Both the position numbers and the translations under genes were made by a program. From an uncultured virus (IMG/VR IMGVR_UViG_3300034407_003469) (lineage: Duplodnaviria > Heunggongvirae > Uroviricota > Caudoviricetes), in the IMG/VR virus record IMGVR_UViG_3300034407_003469: a stretch of DNA of 64,000 nt. The stretch is one strand, 5' to 3'. Each line of letters begins with the position of its first letter. Within the stretch, counting starts at the first letter, position 1. The notes below the pieces were generated by a model. It made no database searches. It was not told the origin of the DNA and was given only the letters and a program-made list of their open reading frames with translations. Of this stretch, positions 56,701 through 64,000 are shown one piece after another.

Positions 56701-59700
56701 GTTCTCTTGGTTTACTAATCAAATTATTAAAATTATGAATTTCATCAACCGTTATGCCATCTATATTAAGTTTCTTTAACGATAAAGGTAAATTAGATAA
56801 TTTATCATAAAATCTATTTGTAGATGGATTTACATATCTAACATCTTCAACATTTTGCACATACTTACGGGCTTTTAAATTTGCTTTGTCATCGGCTCTA
56901 AATCTTTTAATAGCTTGGTGACTACACAATATTATTTTATTAGGCTCCATTACTTCTTTTCTATATTGACCTAAAACATCAATCAACATACCTTCAATTT
57001 GTTTTAATAAAACTGTAACAGTACCCGTATTTTTATTATCTATTGGATTAAAAAAGTTTTTTGATAATAAGTTTTCAGTTTTTTTAATATCATTGATACC
57101 CTTTTGAGTCAATACTCCTTCCCAAGGTTGAGTGCTTTGTTTAATTCTATCTGCCTGTTCTTTAGTTACTACCCCATCTTTTAAAGCCTCATCTAAATTA
57201 GTAATCCAACCCTTTTGAGGATAATCTCCACTAAATAATTTATCTAAATCATTTTTATTGGTTTTATAAAATTCTTGAACAGATTTTGGATATTCAGATA
57301 TTTTAACTTTATTTTCTCCAACAAAATCCTGTTTCTGATATCTATAACCTGATTGGTATCTATCGTATTGAGAGTTTACCTTATCATATATAACTTGTGC
57401 TGATTTATTTACCTTTTCTACTATATTATCAATAGCTTCTTGTGTATCTTCATTGCCTTCATCATATATTTCAGGTATTTTCAAACCTATATTTAATGAT
57501 AAATTATCAAACCAATCGTTAAAATCTGAATCTCTTAATGAATTAGAAAATCTGCTTTCATTAGGCAAACCTCTTTTATCTTCAGGTAAAAAAGATGGTC
57601 GCCCTGCGGGTAAGTTTTTCAATTGGTCTTTAGCCATTTCTAAAACTCCTTTGTCTGCTTCATTTCTTGTATCTTTTCCTTTTGGTTTTGATTTACCTTT
57701 CCATTTTGCTATAATTAATAATTGAGAAGGTGTGTATTTTTTTAAACCTTTTACCCCTCCCTCTTTATCACTACCTATTAATATATTAGCTGATGCATTA
57801 CCAAATTTGATTATATCAACTGCATCTGTTATATTATTTCTTTTATTTCTTTCTAAAGTTTGCCAATTTGATAATAATCCTAAAGTTCCTGTTGTATCTC
57901 TTCCAATTATTTCATCTGCAAATTTTTCATATACTTGATTAGGTGTGAATACAATAGTTCGTGAACTTTCACCTGTTAACATCATATGGGACATCATAGC
58001 GATAGATGTCGTTGTTTTACCAAAACCTACTTCGTGTGCTAAAAGACCTGAATTTTTGTTTGCTATGGCAAATTTCATTCCCTCAACTTGTGCATCTCTT
58101 AAATTAAATAGGAATGGATTAGGCAAAGACCCAAACCATCTTGAATGTTCACAAAATATTGGGAATTTAGTATAATCAGCAATAGCCATATTGTTATATG
58201 TTTTATTCCAAACTTCTTCAATATTTGCTCTATAATATGGTGTAAGTTGAATTTTACAAAAAGTAGTAAATAAATTATTACCCTCTAAAATTATTTGACT
58301 TTCTAATTTTTTATATTTATCAGTAATTACATTGAATATTCTTTTGCCCTCGGCTTCTGTAATTGGAGTAAATAATTGTTTTGCCTTTATAGTATTTTTT
58401 GGGTTTTTTGGGTCAGGCATATTTACCTCAACTGCTACTTTTTTCTTATTTTCAACTAAACCTATTTTTATTAAGTTTTCTCTACTTTGTTGTGTTAAAT
58501 TACTAAATCCATATGGAGATTTAGGATTATATACATTTGTTAGTGTAAAGGTTTTTTGATTATTTCTTTTTAAGTAAGGAATAAACTGAAGAGGACAAGG
58601 TATATTATCACCTTCATCAGCAATCTTTTCAAATTTTGGCATTATGTGTTTCTTAATAAATGCTCCTGATGACATAGGGAATATATACCCATCAACTAAA
58701 TAAAACTCATTTTGTTTTAAATATGGGCTACTAATAAAATCCACTCCTTGACCAAATACCACAAACTCATAGAATTTTTTCAAATGATTATTAGTTAAGT
58801 TTAAAGGATTGTTTAATTTGAAATCATCATACTGTTGCTTTTTTGACATACCACCTAATGCAATAGGCTTGTATAAACTTTCTGCCTCTACTTCAATAGT
58901 TGAAATACGGGTCTTACCATCTCTAAATACACTATAATCCTTACCTATTCTGCCTACAAATCCCTCATCATTAGTAAAAAATATAGGATTATGTATATTA
59001 ACAATTAAGTTTTTTTCAGGATTTTTATCTCCAAATGTTAATCTATCAGGCTTATTATTATTTAATAAAGCATTTTGATTATCAACAATTTCTAATCCTT
59101 TTGACTCACCATAGTATAGTATTATATTATCTTCAAGTTCTCTATTTAAATAATTTAATTTTTTGTAAACATCTCCTGATGCATATTCATAGCTATAAGT
59201 GTATTTCTGCTCAACTATCTGTCCTGAATCTTTTTCAAAACTTAATCTTTCTATACATATAAGACCTTTCTCTATAAGTATCGGCAACAGTTTATCAGAA
59301 AAAATAAAATAATCAACTCCTAAAATTCTTTGGCTTAATTTTCTAAAATAAGAAGAGTTGTCTTTTGAACTACCTCCTTTTGTAACAAAATATGCTAAAA
59401 CTTCTTCAATATTCATATTTTGATTATTCATCCAAAAAGTTTCTCTTATATCATATATATAAAAGTAATCAGGGTTAGACCATCTACCTTTGCCAACTTT
59501 ATCTTTAAAATAAGTGCCTTCAGATGAATCTAAAGACCATTTAGGGTTCTTTTTAGTTTTCCATTGCAATTGCCCGTTTACACTTACTTGGTCGGCATAT
59601 GTAAATATAAAAGATGCTATATTATCTATTAGTAACTTATAAAACAATGGGCTTTCTTTTATATCTACTAATTTAGATTGTCTTATTAATGCATCTTGCA

Positions 59701-61129
59701 ATGCTTCTGACTCTTCTATAATATCATCTGATAAAACTATTTCTCTTACATTTTGCTCATCAAATAATTTACTCTTTTGTTGTAAAGATAATGATGGCTT
59801 ATATAATTCTGCATATACAATATGTTCGCAATTAGATAATCTTCCTGAACTTACTCCTTTAGCATATCCATATTGCTCTTTATTAGAATTTACAAAGTAT
59901 GCTTCATCTGATTTAGGGTTAAAATATATGTCAATGGTATCAGAATCCAAATCCATATATGTAGCACAAGTCAAAGCAAAATATAAATCATTAGACCTTA
60001 TATTTATAAAAACTTCGTTTATTTTGTCAAAAAACAATTTAATTGATATAGCTTTACTTCCTTTAGAACTTTGTTTTAATGCAGGATTTTCAGAAAAATT
60101 TGTATCGTAAAAATTCCTTGATAAAATATTAAAAGGTTCTACATTTTTTAATATGTCTTTACCTCTAATACCTGAAACTCTCACATAATCATTATTAGTG
60201 TCTAAATTTTTTACAAATTCTGCTTTATCAGATATTTTTTGTAAGTCGCCTTGACTACATTTAGACAAATCTGATACAGGTTTAAATTCATATTTTGTTG
60301 CATTACTATTAATATAATTCAAACTATACCCACCGTTAAAATAAGAGTTATCTACACTTGTTGATATAGAAAGGGGAGAGCAGATGTAATCTTCAGGTAG
60401 TAGTACAGATGTTCTATCATTAATTATATATCCTTCAGCTTTATTAAATTTATAGTTAATCTTTACACTATTTAAATCTTTATTTGCAACGGCATCAAAA
60501 AACTTGGATGTTCTTTCAATTGGTAGTTGTTCTAAATTTAAATTTTGAGGACATAATTTATACATCAAAAGTCCCATAATATCTACATCTAATGCTGAAG
60601 AATCATTTAAAAATCTGTAATCAGGATTTGAAAAAGAACTTACAACTCCATTTGGCAAGGATGAAAAGTTAATGTTGGTATATATTTTGTCAAACATATA
60701 AACACTTTGACTTTGAAAAGCAACATTCATAACCTGAAAATTAATTAAGTTAGTTAATGCATCAACTAATTTAGCATAAAAAGAATAAGGCTTTCTATAT
60801 AATCTTTCAATAAACTTTTTAACATCTGTGTCCAACTTTCCTTTCGGTGTTAATATTCTATCTCTAAAATATTCTAATTTATCTTTTCCTTGAGAATCGG
60901 CTTTTCTTTTTAATTCTTTCCAATAAATACTATTTACCCCAAATGTTCCATTTATTCTACCATCTCTTCCTTTTAAATATGGACTTTCATTCCCATATAT
61001 AAAGTCAGGATTTTTTGCAACATACTTGGCAATTATGAACATACCTTCATCTTTTAACAATGAATTATCATCAATTGTAGTATTTAATTTGCTTATTTGC
61101 TCTCCTATGTAATCTAATATATTTGCCAT
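53741..61129 (-). CDS. Giant SNF2/SF2 helicase, DarB-like
   Basis: AHEVGFGKT, VDEIHNFNNL, SATPFTDN, FNDGRIKILLGS..IKEGIDL, QLEGRIWRQ. Confidence 0.8.
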   Translation of the reverse strand: MANILDYIGEQISKLNTTIDDNSLLKDEGMFIIAKYVAKNPDFIYGNESPYLKGRDGRINGTFGVNSIYWKELKRKADSQGKDKLEYFRDRILTPKGKLDTDVKKFIERLYRKPYSFYAKLVDALTNLINFQVMNVAFQSQSVYMFDKIYTNINFSSLPNGVVSSFSNPDYRFLNDSSALDVDIMGLLMYKLCPQNLNLEQLPIERTSKFFDAVANKDLNSVKINYKFNKAEGYIINDRTSVLLPEDYICSPLSISTSVDNSYFNGGYSLNYINSNATKYEFKPVSDLSKCSQGDLQKISDKAEFVKNLDTNNDYVRVSGIRGKDILKNVEPFNILSRNFYDTNFSENPALKQSSKGSKAISIKLFFDKINEVFINIRSNDLYFALTCATYMDLDSDTIDIYFNPKSDEAYFVNSNKEQYGYAKGVSSGRLSNCEHIVYAELYKPSLSLQQKSKLFDEQNVREIVLSDDIIEESEALQDALIRQSKLVDIKESPLFYKLLIDNIASFIFTYADQVSVNGQLQWKTKKNPKWSLDSSEGTYFKDKVGKGRWSNPDYFYIYDIRETFWMNNQNMNIEEVLAYFVTKGGSSKDNSSYFRKLSQRILGVDYFIFSDKLLPILIEKGLICIERLSFEKDSGQIVEQKYTYSYEYASGDVYKKLNYLNRELEDNIILYYGESKGLEIVDNQNALLNNNKPDRLTFGDKNPEKNLIVNIHNPIFFTNDEGFVGRIGKDYSVFRDGKTRISTIEVEAESLYKPIALGGMSKKQQYDDFKLNNPLNLTNNHLKKFYEFVVFGQGVDFISSPYLKQNEFYLVDGYIFPMSSGAFIKKHIMPKFEKIADEGDNIPCPLQFIPYLKRNNQKTFTLTNVYNPKSPYGFSNLTQQSRENLIKIGLVENKKKVAVEVNMPDPKNPKNTIKAKQLFTPITEAEGKRIFNVITDKYKKLESQIILEGNNLFTTFCKIQLTPYYRANIEEVWNKTYNNMAIADYTKFPIFCEHSRWFGSLPNPFLFNLRDAQVEGMKFAIANKNSGLLAHEVGFGKTTTSIAMMSHMMLTGESSRTIVFTPNQVYEKFADEIIGRDTTGTLGLLSNWQTLERNKRNNITDAVDIIKFGNASANILIGSDKEGGVKGLKKYTPSQLLIIAKWKGKSKPKGKDTRNEADKGVLEMAKDQLKNLPAGRPSFLPEDKRGLPNESRFSNSLRDSDFNDWFDNLSLNIGLKIPEIYDEGNEDTQEAIDNIVEKVNKSAQVIYDKVNSQYDRYQSGYRYQKQDFVGENKVKISEYPKSVQEFYKTNKNDLDKLFSGDYPQKGWITNLDEALKDGVVTKEQADRIKQSTQPWEGVLTQKGINDIKKTENLLSKNFFNPIDNKNTGTVTVLLKQIEGMLIDVLGQYRKEVMEPNKIILCSHQAIKRFRADDKANLKARKYVQNVEDVRYVNPSTNRFYDKLSNLPLSLKKLNIDGITVDEIHNFNNLISKPREHTLSRVDLTRGRRTNLDFTLLPTMRANATLNVLPDGDSVNSKKGIYVEEGTLYHNPNNYNIPTKTGIQESEYRLKYYSSGKGSLTTAPANLISLIFEIQAKEENKGVNNTILMSATPFTDNIFQMFSVFGMTNLDKMKESNIMSVWDFFVTFVKEEWRYNITHRQTFGLFPEIQSYYNSSAMSNFIKSMANFKVSDKIIEAKRPLKYYIPQDGTGGNNQAGANTSSVQWAPQLQDVSSYVPLSPVQKEIISKIAQYVEGKIDIPFQYCPNYGDAIQVDKETGEVEFLNDEVKDYIKEVEDLLKKAKKEEEGSNEWEEYLRSARSLLVDLRTTYPEDKRIAKKQSLVDSALFDPETIKDMQENEELYDSNYEDMDLSANSKSEVRMARAIVGQGFGQMCVISPYLLKCDKSGDVPNDLLKNFPLDPNDISKSAKNFVENSPKIKYAIECALNTIKYDSKEGGVNDRQVGGQIMYINKGKSMKYGGHYYNLYELIKTYIVDQKITYYDNIKDKLVTLTKENIGIITGGMSGTVKATDENGSILIDSTTGKDKTIGKREDIRDKFNDGRIKILLGSSAIKEGIDLNRRAHTLYVLDSDFSPSNAMQLEGRIWRQNNMWEFVRIVYVLGIDSIDAFVYSKLQTKIGEIKKMLEAGVYELNKTQYTIDAKERIRNIITDIDQLTDLAWQDKVDELNSKVAKYSDEKSKLQTIKDKYGEVKMLFDGYVTLMNKLYQLVKFEEKRKIALVEKDKLDVDILYNFKKDSRGRGRQWKENNKPVFVSIEEAMKVVEQQEKDGMIEFTNPDLILTADSQMVDVNVVGDAVRKLIKNNRGTLENILDVSPTERNSRMRMVNKDSIIGEQIVKVITDNLSDENIRFSYDSISTQVNLFLTGTENERIMSNYFYLIENQIKNDVTQEGYNFNDIDILITKANNKVIEGQKELNSEKKWKIENRIKEEESQLLKAEQRGETLEELIGKFNNSMALLKIRVK

Positions 61130-61131
61130 AT

Positions 61132-61374
61132 TTAATCGTTCAATGTTACCTCAATAGAAGAAATAGCTTCGCCTATTGAAAATACCCCCATACCACTATA
61201 AAGGTTGTTTATAATCGTTTCAATCAATTCTATTTTACTATTATCATTTTCTATTTGCATAGTTACATTAGGATATTTATTTACATCTAAACTTCCTAAT
61301 GCATTTACTATATTAGAAACAATTTCTTTTTTTTGTTTAATACTTTTTATACTATATAGTTTTGGTAATTCCAT
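61132..61374 (-). CDS. Hypothetical protein
   Basis: 80-aa ORF in operon. Confidence 0.5.
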   Translation of the reverse strand: MELPKLYSIKSIKQKKEIVSNIVNALGSLDVNKYPNVTMQIENDNSKIELIETIINNLYSGMGVFSIGEAISSIEVTLND

Positions 61375-61375
61375 A

Positions 61376-61627
61376 TTATCTTAAATACTTTTTTTCTATT
61401 TTACCCTCATCAGTTAATATCCAAAACTTATTATCTCCTGCACTACAAAGAGGTAATCTTGTGTTATATTCAAGATTAAAATTTATTTTTTTTATTGAGG
61501 TTTCTCCACCACCTAATAGTTCTACTTCTTCATATCCAAGTAATTTATCTGCACCACTATCTCTTAAAAATCCTATTGTTAGATTTTCAGAATTTACTAT
61601 TTGAAAGTTTGGTCCTATGTAAGCCAT
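61376..61627 (-). CDS. Hypothetical protein
   Basis: 83-aa ORF in operon. Confidence 0.5.
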   Translation of the reverse strand: MAYIGPNFQIVNSENLTIGFLRDSGADKLLGYEEVELLGGGETSIKKINFNLEYNTRLPLCSAGDNKFWILTDEGKIEKKYLR

Positions 61628-61638
61628 TTTATTATTTT

Positions 61639-61947
61639 TTAATTACAATTATATTCTTTTTTATTTTTTACTCTTGTTAAATAGTCTATTGCTGAATAAA
61701 TTCTATCTACTTCTGCTTGACTATTTGCAAAATTTAATTTACTATATAAATTCTCAAGTTCTAACTTTAAATATCTACAATGTGAAGATTTAACAGTAAT
61801 TTTAATTGATTTAGGCACTTTATTTTCATCAAATGCGTGTCTATAAACAAATTCTCCTGAAGGTGTAAATTTATCTATTGTATCTCCTAATGGCATTTCA
61901 GATGCCCCTTCTTCATCTCCTGATTGATTAAACCAAAGTTTTTTCAT
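61639..61947 (-). CDS. Hypothetical protein with LWFNQSG motif and Cys-bracketed helical hairpin
   Basis: MKKLWFNQSG; C...C helical segment. Confidence 0.55.
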   Translation of the reverse strand: MKKLWFNQSGDEEGASEMPLGDTIDKFTPSGEFVYRHAFDENKVPKSIKITVKSSHCRYLKLELENLYSKLNFANSQAEVDRIYSAIDYLTRVKNKKEYNCN

Positions 61948-61948
61948 A

Positions 61949-62647
61949 CTAATCTTTTTTAAAAATTATTGCTTCATAAGATAAATATCTTAATTTATCA
62001 TCTGTAAATCTTTTTACTATTTTCATTCCTGCTAATTCTTCTAATTTAATATCAGATAAATCATTATTAGGCTCATATATTAATACCAAATAACCATTAT
62101 CATTAACAAAATGAGAACTTCTTTTAGTGTAATATTCAGTTGGGCTCATATCTCCAAGCCTTTTATTGTTATCTATTGCTTTGTAAAAACTCATTCCACT
62201 ATTTGGTTGGGTAATTACGATATTATATTTTTTAGAGGTGTTTGTATTTATTATTGCAAAAAATTGTGAAATATCTCTTTCTGCTGATAAATATAGCCCT
62301 TGTGCATTTCTTTCTTGACAAACTAAATCTGTTAATCGTTTGCATACATAGTCTAAATTGTATGCAGTTATATTACTGTTATCGGGTGCCATATCTAAAA
62401 TCTTACCTGCACCACTATTTGTATGCATAATACTTACAGGACTTGGTAAATTTTTATCTCCCTCTATTGAATAGTTAAATAACTCTTTAGAGAACCAACC
62501 CCATATATCCTCTACTAATCTATTTGATAGTACAAAATCATCACACCCTGTATATCTTTTGAAATATGCCAATTCTTCAACAGATGCATAATAATTTGAA
62601 GGCAATGTTTTAATTAACTTCTCTATGTTTTTATTTACCTTTTCCAT
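61949..62647 (-). CDS. Degenerate N6-adenine methyltransferase-fold protein (DarB MTase-like)
   Basis: MHTNSGAGKI (motif I-like); YNIVITQP replaces the usual GNPPF/Y. Confidence 0.5.
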   Translation of the reverse strand: MEKVNKNIEKLIKTLPSNYYASVEELAYFKRYTGCDDFVLSNRLVEDIWGWFSKELFNYSIEGDKNLPSPVSIMHTNSGAGKILDMAPDNSNITAYNLDYVCKRLTDLVCQERNAQGLYLSAERDISQFFAIINTNTSKKYNIVITQPNSGMSFYKAIDNNKRLGDMSPTEYYTKRSSHFVNDNGYLVLIYEPNNDLSDIKLEELAGMKIVKRFTDDKLRYLSYEAIIFKKD

Positions 62648-62652
62648 TCTAT

Positions 62653-63696
62653 TTAGTTTTTAACCATATCAATATACACCTCTTTTATTTTTTCATCATC
62701 CCTAATCCAACCTGCATATTTTTCAAGTGTTTCTCTTTGACCTTTTGATGTTACCCAAATTTGATTAGTAGGACCGTATTTTTTATAGTCTTTAAACTCA
62801 CTTTGTCCAATTAACATATCACTAATAAATATAACACACATTTCATAATCAGGATTTTCATTTTGCTTTGTTCTTTCTATATCTCCAAGTTTTCTAAATG
62901 CACCATCAAAACTTGTACCTCCTCCTCCGTGATAAATTAATCTGTCTGTTACATCTTTTAACGGTATTTGCTCGTTTGGAACACCAAATTTAGGGTCTTT
63001 ATCATATGCACTCATTCCACAACTATCACAAACCCAAAACTGCCCTGAATATTTTTTAGCTAATTCAGGAATAAACTGTGACAATAATTCTAAAAATGAA
63101 ACTCCCCCATCAGTATAACTACCCATACTTCCTGATTGGTCCATTAAAACAACGACTTCTTTATCATTTTTTATTACTCTACTTTTTGCTTTTCTAAATA
63201 CGGCAACCCCTTGCTCTATATATGTTTGTGCCCCTTCGTAATCTAAATGCTTTCTTCCCATTTTAGGAGCACCTATCAAATCGCCTAACCCTGCTTCTAT
63301 TTCTGAAAACCATTCAGGCTCCCCACCTTGTGTTTCAGGAAGAGCAATAAAACCTAAATCAGTACCTTTTTCTCCTGCACTCGTACTTTCAGCAGGAACA
63401 ATACTATCAGCTTCAGGAAAATCAATTTTGTTATTCATTAACTCTTCTTTTATTTGAGTTACTTCAAATTCAGCTTCTCTAATATCAGTTAAATCTTCAG
63501 GAGATAATTTTTCATTTTGTTTAAATGCATTTTTTTCCATTGAACCACAAGATGTAGGCATATCATAAGTCAATGGACTTACAATTTTGTTTTGTTGAGT
63601 TATTTCTTCTTTTAATCTACCAACAAGACCTTCAAGATTTTCATTTAAATCTTTAATAATATTACTATATATTTTTGCCTTTTGTTTATACTCCAT
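62653..63696 (-). CDS. vWA domain protein
   Basis: VLMDQSGSM (MIDAS), GGGGTSF, IFISD. Confidence 0.75.
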   Translation of the reverse strand: MEYKQKAKIYSNIIKDLNENLEGLVGRLKEEITQQNKIVSPLTYDMPTSCGSMEKNAFKQNEKLSPEDLTDIREAEFEVTQIKEELMNNKIDFPEADSIVPAESTSAGEKGTDLGFIALPETQGGEPEWFSEIEAGLGDLIGAPKMGRKHLDYEGAQTYIEQGVAVFRKAKSRVIKNDKEVVVLMDQSGSMGSYTDGGVSFLELLSQFIPELAKKYSGQFWVCDSCGMSAYDKDPKFGVPNEQIPLKDVTDRLIYHGGGGTSFDGAFRKLGDIERTKQNENPDYEMCVIFISDMLIGQSEFKDYKKYGPTNQIWVTSKGQRETLEKYAGWIRDDEKIKEVYIDMVKN

Positions 63697-63911
63697 TACC
63701 ATTTATTTTGTGGACATTGTTGCCCATCTAAAAGTGTTTTTGCTTTTAAAATACAACCACAAGTCAATTGATTTCCATTAACATCATATTCAGGTCTTAA
63801 AAGTGTTCCACAGGTCATTCCAACTCCGTATGTTTGTTTTACATAAGGACATCTGCCACATATATTAAGTCTGTCTTGTGCATTTAATCTTCTTGGTGTA
63901 TTGCTCCACAT
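63696..63911 (-). CDS. Small Cys-rich phage protein
   Basis: RL.IC..CP...C....CGC....K......CP..KW. Confidence 0.6.
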   Translation of the reverse strand: MWSNTPRRLNAQDRLNICGRCPYVKQTYGVGMTCGTLLRPEYDVNGNQLTCGCILKAKTLLDGQQCPQNKW

Positions 63912-63912
63912 A

Positions 63913-64000
63913 TTATAATAAGTTTTCTAAATCCATTAAAGCCTTATCTATATCAGATATTTCTTCTTTTGTCAATTTATCTTGATGTTTATCTTTAATA
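63913..64000 (-). CDS. Partial ORF (C-terminus) running off the window
   Basis: ...IKDKHQDKLTKEEISDIDKALMDLENLL*. Confidence 0.4.
   Translation of the reverse strand, partial: IKDKHQDKLTKEEISDIDKALMDLENLL

Noticed and set aside
61132..61374. LYSGMG as a methyltransferase motif I
   Set aside because: The ORF is too short and lacks other MTase motifs
7346..62430. Numerous plus-strand ORFs in the track (e.g. 20469, 31397, 51573, 53250, 54783, 57453)
   Set aside because: Antisense shadows of longer minus-strand genes, with S/F/L/I-biased composition and no motifs
1..64000. Eukaryotic giant virus (NCLDV) origin, suggested by the A32-like ATPase, collagen and glycosyltransferases
   Set aside because: Amidase, PG-binding domains, RecT, RusA, coupled operons and Bacteroidota promoters point to a bacterial host
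1..64000. Stop-codon reassignment as in some crAss-like phages
   Set aside because: Long genes are intact under code 11, and TAG and TGA both end genes at plausible boundaries

Overview
This AT-rich, densely coded window looks like a 64-kb slice of a virus of Bacteroidota (Flavobacteria-like), not a cellular chromosome. Host evidence is at least nine TAnnTTTG-type promoter boxes, A-rich translation starts without Shine-Dalgarno sites, and a SusC-type N-terminal domain. Everything from 3.7 kb to the end is on the minus strand. I see no terminase, portal, HK97 capsid or tail genes. Instead there is an FtsK/HerA (A32/P9-like) packaging ATPase (39759-40571), a beta-rich, expression-biased candidate major capsid protein (36162-36887), a clear paralogue of it carrying a large insertion (10588-11907), and about 45 small proteins with hydrophobic membrane helices. 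Together these suggest an unusually large tailless, internal-membrane (jelly-roll-type) phage; the capsid fold is inferred, not proven. Two recurrent short peptide motifs run through the presumed virion proteome. An aromatic-x-N-x-x-G motif (e.g. LWFNQSG) occurs in more than 20 proteins, including the acidic N-terminal extension of the candidate capsid protein. A hydrophobic-x-x-G-G motif (e.g. YAKGG) separates modules in several polyprotein-like ORFs. A HExxH metallopeptidase sits in the same module. Other content: a collagen-like fibre, glycosyl- and methyltransferases, RecT plus a Cas4-like nuclease, HNH, RusA, a Mom-like DNA modifier, a split DarB-like SNF2 helicase with a degenerate methyltransferase, a vWA protein, Mn/Fe-SOD, a PAP2 phosphatase, an amidase, and holin/spanin candidates. 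All family assignments come from motif recognition by eye; no searches were run.
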